From: Synechococcus sp.
GTDB taxonomy: Bacteria; Cyanobacteriota; Cyanobacteriia; PCC-6307; Cyanobiaceae
DNA: 64,000 bases
NCBI GenBank assembly: GCA_047285535.1
Contig: JBJBDC010000001.1
Location: 768,136 to 832,135 of the forward strand
Direction: 5' to 3'
The first letter of the stretch is position 1. The number at the start of each line of letters is the position of its first letter. This document shows positions 9,778 through 18,376 of this stretch, one piece after another. Below the pieces are notes generated by a model. That model had not been told where the DNA came from, made no database searches, and was given only the letters and a program-made list of their open reading frames with translations. The position numbers and the translations under genes are program-made.

Positions 9778-10734
9778 ATGACGGGGAATCGAAGCCAAAC
9801 AGCGGCTGGTACTCCCCTTCCCCGCGCCGTGTTCCTCGATGCCCTCAGCCTGGGGCCGGTGGATCTCACGCCGATGCAGCAATGGTGTGATCTGCAGGCC
9901 TGGCCCTCCACCGCCCTGGATGAGCGCCTGGAGCGCCTGCTCGATGCCGAGATCGCCATCACCAACAAGATTCCGATGGATGGCGCATTGTTGCGCCAGT
10001 TGCCCAGGCTGCGCCTGATTGGCGTGGCCGCTACCGGCACCGATCAGATCGACCATGCCGCCTGCGAAGAGCTTGGCATTCGCGTACGCAACGCAGGGCG
10101 CTACAGCCGTGCGTCGGTGGTGCAGATCACCTGGGCCCTGATCCTCGAGCTCTGCTGTGCCATGAATCAGCGACGCATGGATCTGCTCGCTGGGAGCTGG
10201 CAGTGCAGCCCGATGTTTTCCGTAATCGAGCCGGAGTTCGATGAACTGGAAGGGCAGACCCTGGTGGTGCTCGGTGCCGGTGATATCGGCCGTGGGGTGC
10301 TGGCCATCGGCGAGGCCTTCGGGATGAGGTGCCTCGCCCTCACCAGCCGCAGCAGCAGCGCTGAGGTGGAGAGGGCCCTGCGCCAGGCCGATGTGCTCAG
10401 CCTCCATGCCCCGCTGACGCCGCACACCCAGAACCTGATCAATGCTCAGCGGCTGGGTTGGATGAAACCCAGCGCCCGGCTGGTGAACATGGCCCGCGGC
10501 GGCCTGGTGAATCTCGAGGATCTCTGCGCAGCCCTGCGCCACGGTCAGCTCGCTGGCGCCGCCCTCGATGTGCTGCCGGAGGAACCCCCTGGTCCTGAGC
10601 TGAAGGTGTTGCTGAACACACCCAATCTGTTGATCAGTCCCCATATGGGCTGGAGTTCTCGCCAGTCCCGCAGCCGTTTGGTGCGCACCCTGGCCGGACA
10701 CCTGCAGTCCTACGTCTCTGCAGGCAACACCTGA
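9778..10734 (+). CDS. D-2-hydroxyacid dehydrogenase (glycerate dehydrogenase-like)
   Basis: ATGTDQID, LGAGDIG, LHAPLT, NMARGG, ALDVLPEEP, SPHMGW. Confidence 0.9.
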   Translation: MTGNRSQTAAGTPLPRAVFLDALSLGPVDLTPMQQWCDLQAWPSTALDERLERLLDAEIAITNKIPMDGALLRQLPRLRLIGVAATGTDQIDHAACEELGIRVRNAGRYSRASVVQITWALILELCCAMNQRRMDLLAGSWQCSPMFSVIEPEFDELEGQTLVVLGAGDIGRGVLAIGEAFGMRCLALTSRSSSAEVERALRQADVLSLHAPLTPHTQNLINAQRLGWMKPSARLVNMARGGLVNLEDLCAALRHGQLAGAALDVLPEEPPGPELKVLLNTPNLLISPHMGWSSRQSRSRLVRTLAGHLQSYVSAGNT

Positions 10735-10757
10735 CTCAACAGCGCGAACAACTCGTC

Positions 10758-10822
10758 ATAGTCCGTGCAACTGAGGGCATCTCGCCAGACGAACAACCAT
10801 GGCCTGGTGGCCGCTGCTGCCT
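10758..10822 (+). repeat. Displaced DUF4336 5'-end scar / att-like site
   Basis: ATA GTC CGT GCA ACT GAG GGC ATC TCG CCA GAC GAA CAA CCA TGG CC- TGG TGG CCG CTG CTG CCT; tggtggccgctgctgcc is identical to 33809-33825; 27/31 identical to 29118-29148. Confidence 0.8.
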
Positions 10823-11069
10823 AGTGCAGCCCAGGATCAAGGACTCATTTCAGATGATTGCCCCTGAGCTGTGCCATTTAAAACTTACGCCACTGGTATC
10901 TGTGATGTGCAACTGAATGATTCCTCTCTTGGCGTAGCCGTCTCTCTTGATGGCTACGCATCAAGTCAAAGGAGTGTTTGCCGGGATCAATGGCAAGTCT
11001 GCGTTATGACCCACAAAACACCCCCAGAGGTCATCGATGATTCATGAGCTGAGGGCGTTCGTGAGCCCA

Positions 11070-12776
11070 TCAGTCAGACAGCGTTGGATTCGGGGTCATC
11101 GTCTTGTGCATGGTTTCAATCACCTCCTCCGCCAAAGGCTGGCTCTCTTCAGCAGGAATGAGCACTTCGAGGTAAGCCGCTCCTTGATGAGCACTGATTG
11201 CGGCCAATGCTTGCTCCAGTTCCGCAACGGTTGCAGCCCGGCCGCACCACCAACCCCTGCATCCAAGAACAGCGGGAATATCTGCGTAGCGCCAAGGGGG
11301 CAAATCGTTGTAGGCATGGCCCGTTTCACTGATCAACGCCTCTATCCCGTGCAGGCTATTGTTCAGAACGATCACCACAGGCTTGACCCCTGTGAAGCCC
11401 ATCACCCCGATCTCCTGCACCGTGAGCTGGTGGGCGCCATCACCGGTGACCAAAACGACCCGACGCTCGGGTTCAGCCAAAGCGCATCCCAGAGCGGCCG
11501 GTGTGCCCCATCCGATCGATCCCCAGAGGGTCTGACTTTCCATTGTCACGCCATCCGGTAATCGGATGGCGTTGAGTTTCAGAAGGCATGTGCCGGTATC
11601 CGACACCAAGAGGTCGTTGGGGCGAAGGAATTGCTGCAAGCGGGGGTAGAAGCTTGCTGAATCGGTGGGCTGATCTGGAGCTCCAAGAAGGGGCAGCATG
11701 GGAGCGGGCTGCACTGGTCGATGCTCTCCCCAATAGGAGAGGCGTTTCGACGCTGACTGAAAGCGTCTCGTCAGTCCTGCCAGGACATCACTGATGCTCA
11801 CACTCGTGAACACCTGATGACCGGCTTGGACCCAGTCGGCGTGCAAAGCAACGATCCGGTTGGGATCGAGTGACCCACTCCAAAGTCCTGTGTTGAGGTC
11901 CTCCAGCACCAACCCTCCAAGATCGATGAGCAGATCGGCCTCTTCCACCACGCTTTGGAGGGCAGCTGGGGTGGACCGACCACCGTTGTACATGCCAAGG
12001 AAAGCGGGGTGCTGCTCACTGAGCAGTGCCTTGTCCATGGGTGTCGTTGCATAGGCCAGGCCGGAGGCCTTGAGGAAATTCTCGAATGCATTCACCAGCC
12101 CGAAACGCTTCAGGGTGATGGTGGGGAGCACAACCGGAGATGATGCTGAGGCAATCCGTGCCTCCAGGAGATCAAGGACAGCCTCAAGTTCACCAGCAAC
12201 ACTGTCATGCTGGTCGATGACACCAAGAGGAGAGCCTTGGATGGGAGTCCCGGTGATCGGCATGAGAGCCAGATCCATCGGGAAGGTGAGGTAAGCAGGC
12301 CTGGATTCCTCCAGAGCTTTATCAATCACCCGCTCCAGTTCGATGACAGCGTTTTCAGGCGTGAGCCTGGCGCTGACACAGCTTGCAGAAGCGGAGATGG
12401 CCTCGAAGCGGTCATAGTTTCGATCGCCGAGGGTGTGATGACAGATGAGGCCTTGTCGCACGATCCGAAGACTGGGAGTGCCTACCAGATGAAACACGGG
12501 TAGACGTTCAGCCATGGCTCCCATCAGGCCATTGAGTGCACTCAGTTCGCCAACTCCATAAGTGGTGCAGACGATGGCAGCCCCTCGGCGGCGGGCATAG
12601 CCATCAGCCGCGAAAGCCGCATTCAGCTCATGAGCTGATGGCACCCAACTCAGCCTGGGATGCACCTCCACCGCATCGTTGATTGGAAAGGAATAATCGC
12701 CCGGTACACCAAACACGTGGCCAATTCCAAGATCAGCTAAGCGATCGAGGGCATAAGTCACCACAGAAGCAGTCAT
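11070..12776 (-). CDS. TPP-dependent alpha-keto acid decarboxylase (pyruvate/indolepyruvate decarboxylase family)
   Basis: FGVPGDY, AADGYAR, TTYGVGELSA, CHHTLGD, WGSIGW, GDGAHQLTVQE; alternative start at 12833. Confidence 0.92.
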   Translation of the reverse strand: MTASVVTYALDRLADLGIGHVFGVPGDYSFPINDAVEVHPRLSWVPSAHELNAAFAADGYARRRGAAIVCTTYGVGELSALNGLMGAMAERLPVFHLVGTPSLRIVRQGLICHHTLGDRNYDRFEAISASASCVSARLTPENAVIELERVIDKALEESRPAYLTFPMDLALMPITGTPIQGSPLGVIDQHDSVAGELEAVLDLLEARIASASSPVVLPTITLKRFGLVNAFENFLKASGLAYATTPMDKALLSEQHPAFLGMYNGGRSTPAALQSVVEEADLLIDLGGLVLEDLNTGLWSGSLDPNRIVALHADWVQAGHQVFTSVSISDVLAGLTRRFQSASKRLSYWGEHRPVQPAPMLPLLGAPDQPTDSASFYPRLQQFLRPNDLLVSDTGTCLLKLNAIRLPDGVTMESQTLWGSIGWGTPAALGCALAEPERRVVLVTGDGAHQLTVQEIGVMGFTGVKPVVIVLNNSLHGIEALISETGHAYNDLPPWRYADIPAVLGCRGWWCGRAATVAELEQALAAISAHQGAAYLEVLIPAEESQPLAEEVIETMHKTMTPNPTLSD

Positions 12777-13007
12777 CAAGTCGGCGTTGAGGATCACTTG
12801 GCGAGTCTGATTGTGGTCATCCCAGGGAGCCATGGGACACTCCGTGATGAGGTATTAAGAGTCACTTTTCAATGCGATGAGTTGTGGATTTTGCTTATGC
12901 ATGGGATTTGTGTTGTCTGCCCACAGACTTGCGGCGGGTTCAGCAAGAAACTGAGCACAGCTCGACTCCACTTCGGTGCAGAGTCGTGAGTAGAGAACCT
13001 GACCTGA

Positions 13008-13067
13008 GTGGCGGCACAGGGCATCCAATCGGTGGATCAGCACTGGCCCTGGCGGCCGCTGCTGCCA
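13008..13067 (+). repeat. Displaced DUF4336 5'-end scar / att-like site
   Basis: GTG GCG GCA CAG GGC ATC CAA TCG GTG GAT CAG CAC TGG CCC TGG CGG CCG CTG CTG CCA (MAAQGIQSVDQHWPWRPLLP). Confidence 0.85.
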
Positions 13068-14097
13068 GTCAGCAGTCTTTGATTGCAATGGTTTTAATGG
13101 ACATGTCTCTGAGCTATCCCTGTTCTTTGAGCAACTGGGCAGGATGGCGTGCAACTCCCAGTGGTTCAACCAAGCTTTGAATCCTGCTTCACAAATGATG
13201 GACCTAGACAACTAGCGCGTACCTCTCGAACTCTGGGACTTCTCCCCGATGACTCTTGGCGCGGTCATCACACCACCGCCGCAGCGCCATGGCGTCGTCC
13301 AAGGCGTCATCCAGGTCCTCAAAGTCCACCCCCCCATCACTTCGGTACGGTTGAGTCGAGCATGGATGGACCTGTGGATCCGGCCAAAGCCGCTGAGATG
13401 TGTCAGTTGTCGGAGCCTTGATCTGAGACAGCTGCGGCCATCCGCCGAATTGTCGGATGATCGAAGCGAATGAGGAGCACCTGCTGTGGCATCGACCAAC
13501 CGCACCTTGCTGAAGCGCCTGGCCGTGGATCTGGCTGAGCTTTGCAGTGATCCGGAGAATCTCGACTATGCCTTCGACCTGCTCAATGCCACCTATGGGA
13601 CTGAGGTGGCGCAGGCGGCACGCGACCGCCTCAAGAACGACCCGGACATCCGTCCGCTGGTGCAGGAGCGCTACTGGGGGAACTGGCCGGCACTGCCTGA
13701 GCTGGTGGCATTGCCGGCAGGATCGCTGGGCCATGTCTACGGCCTGTTCATCACATCGCAAGGACTGAGTGAACTGCCCGCTCCCGTGTTGCCCTCAGGG
13801 GTCGGAGGCGACGACGCCTACTTGCAGATGCGCATCCGCTACACCCACGATCTCTGGCATGTGATCGCCGGACTCCCCGTTAACCTCGCCGGAGAGGCGG
13901 CCGCCACCGGTCTCACCACCGAACAGCTGCGCTGGCCAGGAAGTGCACTCCTGATCGCTGCTGACCTGATCCATCGCGTCAGCACCACTGAAGCCGATGC
14001 CGAAGGAGACGTCGATGTGGGTGTGGCCATCGCCTACGGCCTCAACCTTGGGGCCCAGGCCCGCCCCCTGCTGGCCCAGCGCTGGGAGGAGGGCTGG
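13063..14097. repeat. ~1.03-kb near-identical direct repeat, copy 1 (copy 2 at 31461-32495)
   Basis: Offset 18398; I saw only one synonymous difference (ctc/cta aag). Confidence 0.95.
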
Positions 14098-14196
14098 CAG
14101 ACCCCTCTAAAAACCTGGCGGGAAGCGTTGGGGATCCGCACGCTTCTACGCCACAGCCCCTTCCCGTTGCTCACAGGTGAGATGCCGCGAAGCTGA
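13486..14196 (+). CDS. Coq4-family protein, copy A
   Basis: LPAGSLGHVY and HDLWHVIAGLPVNLAGE (HDxxH...E metal motif). Confidence 0.85.
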   Translation: MASTNRTLLKRLAVDLAELCSDPENLDYAFDLLNATYGTEVAQAARDRLKNDPDIRPLVQERYWGNWPALPELVALPAGSLGHVYGLFITSQGLSELPAPVLPSGVGGDDAYLQMRIRYTHDLWHVIAGLPVNLAGEAAATGLTTEQLRWPGSALLIAADLIHRVSTTEADAEGDVDVGVAIAYGLNLGAQARPLLAQRWEEGWQTPLKTWREALGIRTLLRHSPFPLLTGEMPRS

Positions 14197-14216
14197 CGCT
14201 GCCCAGCTCATCAGCG

Positions 14217-14774
14217 TCAGCAAGACAACGAACAGGCATGGAGCATGGTGCAGGCTGCGATGTCGGCAGGACTGCTGATCTTGAGCGGGTGGGTCACTGC
14301 GCTCACGCGCCCAAACAGCAGCGGATCACTTGGAAGCGGCAGCTGCTGGGCAAGCTCCTGCCTTAATTCAAAGGGATCTTGGCTGTAGAGCAGGCTCAGA
14401 TGCGGATCCAGCCGATAGCCAAGCTCAGCCGCTGAACGACGACGCAACTGGCTGAACCAGGGATGCAGTTTCGCCATCGCCTCGGCGTTGAAGCGCAGCA
14501 CAAGGCTCTGCGTGAACAACAGTCTCGCTTCAATGGCATTGGGCCTGAGCAGAACAGGCTGTCGACAAGCGGCAAGTTGCTCAAGTTGAGCGATGGCCTG
14601 CTCCTGACTGACGCCACGGTCTCCATCGAGATGCTCGCTGTAGAGCGTGATGTGCGGAGGCAATCTGCAAGCCACAAGCGCCTGGCTGGCCAGCGCCGAA
14701 AGTTGATCCAACACCGCCTGGGCCTCCGGAGCGGGGAGCAGCCAATAGGACACGGCTTGAGGAGACGTCATCAA
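14217..14774 (-). CDS. 2H phosphoesterase / cyclic phosphodiesterase-like protein
   Basis: Two HxT/S motifs: PHITLY and PHLSLLY. Confidence 0.8.
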   Translation of the reverse strand: MMTSPQAVSYWLLPAPEAQAVLDQLSALASQALVACRLPPHITLYSEHLDGDRGVSQEQAIAQLEQLAACRQPVLLRPNAIEARLLFTQSLVLRFNAEAMAKLHPWFSQLRRRSAAELGYRLDPHLSLLYSQDPFELRQELAQQLPLPSDPLLFGRVSAVTHPLKISSPADIAACTMLHACSLSC

Positions 14775-14810
14775 GGCAGCTGAATCGACATCATGCTGAT
14801 GTCATCTCCC

Positions 14811-15041
14811 TCAGCGGTGTGATTCTCGTCTCAAACAGTCAGGCTTGAACGCAGCATCGCTAATGGGCACCCAAGTGAGGGAATGATCAATGGCCGTCAG
14901 GCATGACTCGGCGCTCTCCAGATCATCGGCGTCAAGGGCGGCGATGGCTGCCTGGCGATCGCGGTTGGCTTGCACCAGGGCGAACTGTTCGGCCACCAGT
15001 TGGTGAACAGCCATGTCGGAGAACTCCGCCATCGCCAACAC
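14811..15041 (-). CDS. Small hypothetical protein
   Basis: 76-aa helical ORF. Confidence 0.45.
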   Translation of the reverse strand: MLAMAEFSDMAVHQLVAEQFALVQANRDRQAAIAALDADDLESAESCLTAIDHSLTWVPISDAAFKPDCLRRESHR

Positions 15042-15093
15042 GGCAAAAGTGATTCCCCTGGGTCCTTGCTGAGAGTTTTTCGATCAAGCGATT

Positions 15094-15309
15094 TTAGTGA
15101 TATTCCCCAGGGTGCTCCTGCTTCGAGACGGTCACTCGCCCCACCTTTTGGCCGGAGAAGCGCAGCAGCTCATCGCCTGAAAATTCAAAGCCCAGTCCAA
15201 AGGCGATGCGGGCCACATCATCGGCTGTGGAGGCTGCCAGCACCTGCTGCTTGAGGCTCTCCTCTTGCTGCATCTTTCGCAGGAATGCCTTGAGTTGATC
15301 GAGGGCCAC
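15094..15309 (-). CDS. Nif11-like leader peptide family protein
   Basis: QLKAFL..MQQEESLKQQVLAA...DDVARIA..GFEFSGDEL pattern. Confidence 0.85.
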   Translation of the reverse strand: MALDQLKAFLRKMQQEESLKQQVLAASTADDVARIAFGLGFEFSGDELLRFSGQKVGRVTVSKQEHPGEYH

Positions 15310-15386
15310 GGGGTGCTCGGCAGTGGGAAGATCATCGCTGATGGCAGCGGTGCGCCAGCATCAGCCCATTGATCAATGGCGCATCG

Positions 15387-15611
15387 ATGGGTCTGCAGCT
15401 GCAATCCGCTGAGTTCATCCACGAGGACGGGATCACCTATTGCATCCGCCGCGAGACCCTCGAGCAGGACTTCACCATCTACGAAAAGCGTGGTGAGGAA
15501 TGGGTTGATTGCGGCCTGGATCAGGCCGTCAAAGACGTGAACTTCGCTGAGTTCAAGCGTCTGGGCCTGTTGATCAAAAAAATCATGGATGCCGATCAGT
15601 GGCTCGCCTGA
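15387..15611 (+). CDS. Conserved small hypothetical protein
   Basis: 74-aa ORF with typical codon usage. Confidence 0.7.
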   Translation: MGLQLQSAEFIHEDGITYCIRRETLEQDFTIYEKRGEEWVDCGLDQAVKDVNFAEFKRLGLLIKKIMDADQWLA

Positions 15612-15627
15612 CGCGCCGCGCTTGAAC

Positions 15628-15867
15628 TCATTTGTGGCACTTGGCGCGAAAGCGATTCGATGGGTTGCTGGCGCCGTGTTTGGTCTTGCGGCCGCTCACC
15701 CGCTTGCGCCACAGCTTGAACGAGGAGGCCTTCATCGATTGACGCATCACCGCGATCACCTCCTGCTCAGAGAGGCCGAACTGGTAGTCGATCGCTTCAA
15801 AGCTGGTGCGGTCTTCCCAGGCCATCTCAATGATGCGATCGAGCTCTTCCGGTTCAAAGCTGCGCAT
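15628..15867 (-). CDS. TIGR03643/DUF2805 family protein
   Basis: DRIIEMAWEDRTSFEAI...FKLWRKRVSGRKTKH. Confidence 0.9.
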   Translation of the reverse strand: MRSFEPEELDRIIEMAWEDRTSFEAIDYQFGLSEQEVIAVMRQSMKASSFKLWRKRVSGRKTKHGASNPSNRFRAKCHK

Positions 15868-15871
15868 GGCT

Positions 15872-17131
15872 CTATCGGGCTGTTGCGGTCACCATCAGCC
15901 CGCTGCGCGGTGTGGGGCTCGGCAGCTGCTGCAGCGCTAGATCCTGTTCAGGGACCAGTTGCAGCTGCACCTTCTGCAGCAGGCCCACAGCCATCAGCCG
16001 GATCTCCAGTTCGGCCAATGCTTTGCCCAAACAGACGCGTTCGCCTGCTCCAAAGGGCAGCAGGGTTTGCTCAAACGAGCCATCGAGATGGCGTTGTGGG
16101 CGGAATTCGCTCAAATCCGTGCCGCTGGTGGCGGCTGTTGGCGTCAGCGCCACCTGGATCACGCTGTTTTCCGGCACCGCCACATCAGCCAGCTCAATGG
16201 CTTGCAAGCTGCGGCGGAAGAAGCCGGCCACTGGTGGTGTTTGCCGCATCACCTCCAAGACCGTGGCATCGAGCTTTTCGGATTGCGGTGATGTGGCCGC
16301 CGGCCACGGGGAAGCCATCACGTCGCTGCGGAGCCACTCCATCACCTCTGGATGCAAAAGCAAGGCGCGGAACAGGCAGCTCAGGGATGAGGCGGTGGTT
16401 TCGTAACCGGCAAACAGCAGCAGCAGCAGTTGCTCAGCCAGATCGGCATCATCGAGTGGAATGCCGGCTTCATCAAGGCCGCCGCTGATCAGATCCAGGC
16501 CGCCTTGGTTGCTCCCCTCTTTGAGCACCTCCTTGATGCGGTTCAGCAGCCGCTGGCGCGCGCCCATCGCTTTGGCAAAGGGGGTGCCAGGAATCGCCAG
16601 GGGAATCGAGAACAGGGCCTTGGTCCAGATCTCAAAATCTGCGAACAGCGCTTCCCTGCTTGCTGTATCGAGTCCCAGCACCGTGGTGGCGATCACGGCA
16701 AAGGCAAAGCGGCGCATGCGCCCGGCCAAGGGCACGGAGCCATCGGCACCGATCAGCTCATCAGCCAGCTCATCCACCAGGCCAATAATTGATGGGGTAT
16801 AGCGGGCGAGCGCTGCGCTGGAGAACAGCTGACCCACCACGCGCCGGCGGGCTTTATGGCCGGCTCCGCTGCGGTTGGCCAGGGAGCGGCTGCCCAGCAG
16901 TTTTTTGACGCTCTCAGGCCACCAGCCCTCTAACGACTCGCTTTGGCTGAACAGATCATTGATCGCCCGCTCACCGCGGATGAACACGATCGGCTGGGCC
17001 AGCAGCTTGGTGGCGAAGACATCGCCATAGGTTTCAAAGCGCCGTTGGGCAAAGCTCGGATCGCCAAAGAAATCGAGGGTTTCCTTCAGGCCGCTCACCG
17101 CACCGGTGTTGGGCAGAGGCTTGGCAGGCAT
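15872..17131 (-). CDS. Cytochrome P450
   Basis: AGYETT, EVMR, heme motif PFGAGERVCLG. Confidence 0.95.
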   Translation of the reverse strand: MPAKPLPNTGAVSGLKETLDFFGDPSFAQRRFETYGDVFATKLLAQPIVFIRGERAINDLFSQSESLEGWWPESVKKLLGSRSLANRSGAGHKARRRVVGQLFSSAALARYTPSIIGLVDELADELIGADGSVPLAGRMRRFAFAVIATTVLGLDTASREALFADFEIWTKALFSIPLAIPGTPFAKAMGARQRLLNRIKEVLKEGSNQGGLDLISGGLDEAGIPLDDADLAEQLLLLLFAGYETTASSLSCLFRALLLHPEVMEWLRSDVMASPWPAATSPQSEKLDATVLEVMRQTPPVAGFFRRSLQAIELADVAVPENSVIQVALTPTAATSGTDLSEFRPQRHLDGSFEQTLLPFGAGERVCLGKALAELEIRLMAVGLLQKVQLQLVPEQDLALQQLPSPTPRSGLMVTATAR

Positions 17132-17237
17132 GGACCCAAAGGCGCGCAGGCGATCAAGTTATCGATTCCGCTGGCCCTTCTGAGGCTGACATCAGATCCC
17201 TGGCTGGCTAGCTGTCGTGATGGAGATGGGCAGCCCC

Positions 17238-17495
17238 ATGGAATTGAAGATGCTGGTGATGGTTGTGGTGGCTCATGTTGCCAGTGCCTTTTTCAGCAAA
17301 ACCATCGCTGGGCAGAAGGCCCGCAGCAGCAAGAACTGGTTCTGGGCTGGGTTGATCTTTGGTCCGCTGGGGTTGATCGCTGCGGTGGGGTTGGCCGACC
17401 GCCATCAGATCGTGTATCTGCGGCATCTGGCTGAAACCCAGGGCTATGAGCCGCGCCATCAGTGCGGCGGCAAAGCGAAGCAAGAGTTTGAGTAA
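17238..17495 (+). CDS. Small membrane protein
   Basis: IAGQKARS..WFWAGLIFGPLGLIA; paralogous 3' remnant at 29161-29286. Confidence 0.7.
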   Translation: MELKMLVMVVVAHVASAFFSKTIAGQKARSSKNWFWAGLIFGPLGLIAAVGLADRHQIVYLRHLAETQGYEPRHQCGGKAKQEFE

Positions 17496-17709
17496 GCGAT
17501 CAAAGTTTCGGAGCGCTGATGGCTTCGGGTTGCCACAGCTGCGGCAGTGAAAACGCACGGTTGTCGATGCCGCGATTGGGCAAGACAACCTGGTCGTAGA
17601 CGATGAAACCATAAAGGACCAAGTTCAGGCAAAGCGTGGCTGAAAACCAGGTCTGCACGGGTTGTTAGCAGACCGTGCAGTCTGCTGTGATCGCCCCTGG
17701 CGCCAACGC

Positions 17710-18336
17710 CTAGGCCGATTCAGACACTCCTACGACTGCAGCAAAGGGGTCCCAATCAGCATCACAGTGCCAGTCGTATTCAGCGAAATTGGCGGCCTGC
17801 TCGGCGGCCTGGCGGCTGACCAGCTTGGCAATCACCGCCAGCGACATATCGATGCCAGCCGATACACCCGATGAGGTGAAGAACTTGCCATCTTCCACCC
17901 AGCGCGCTTGCAGTTGCCACTGCACGTTGGCGCTCTGAGAGGCCGCCCAGGCGAAGGCCAGCTTGTTGCTGGTGGCACGGACCCCATCGAGCACCCCCAC
18001 CTTGGCCAGCAGGGCGCTACCGGTGCAGACTGAGGCAACCAGTTCAGCCTGCTGCGAGCGCTCCTTCAACCAATCGAGCAGCACTGGATTATCGACTTCC
18101 CGTCTGGTGCCAATGCCGCCTGGAACCAGCAGCACGTCGATGGCAGGGGCGGTGGTGAATGAATCGTCGCTGACGCTTTTGGGGCCCTGGCGGCTGGCCA
18201 CCACGCCTCCGTTTTCGCAGATCAAGCGGATCTCGAAATGATCGGCCACCAAGCCGAACATCTCCAACGGTCCAAACACATCGAGCAGTTCAAAGCCCTC
18301 AAAGAGGACAACGCCAATGGTTCGTTTGCGCTTCAT
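17710..18336 (-). CDS. DJ-1/PfpI family protein (InhA-like), copy A
   Basis: GFELLDVFGP, VPGGIG, SVCTG, SSGVSAGID. Confidence 0.9.
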   Translation of the reverse strand: MKRKRTIGVVLFEGFELLDVFGPLEMFGLVADHFEIRLICENGGVVASRQGPKSVSDDSFTTAPAIDVLLVPGGIGTRREVDNPVLLDWLKERSQQAELVASVCTGSALLAKVGVLDGVRATSNKLAFAWAASQSANVQWQLQARWVEDGKFFTSSGVSAGIDMSLAVIAKLVSRQAAEQAANFAEYDWHCDADWDPFAAVVGVSESA

Positions 18337-18376
18337 CAGCGGGTCCTTCTTGGTGACTTTCGTTGGCAGCGCTGCC

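Noticed and set aside
9640..10701. Long antisense ORFs (e.g. 9640-10701, 2000-2842, 15589-16488, 8527-9180)
   Set aside because: Shadow frames of well-supported genes in GC-rich DNA.
15330..18368. Weak core-like matches at ~15330, ~17164, ~17689 and ~18334
   Set aside because: They are intergenic but too degenerate or gapped to separate from chance by eye in GC-rich DNA, so they were not counted.
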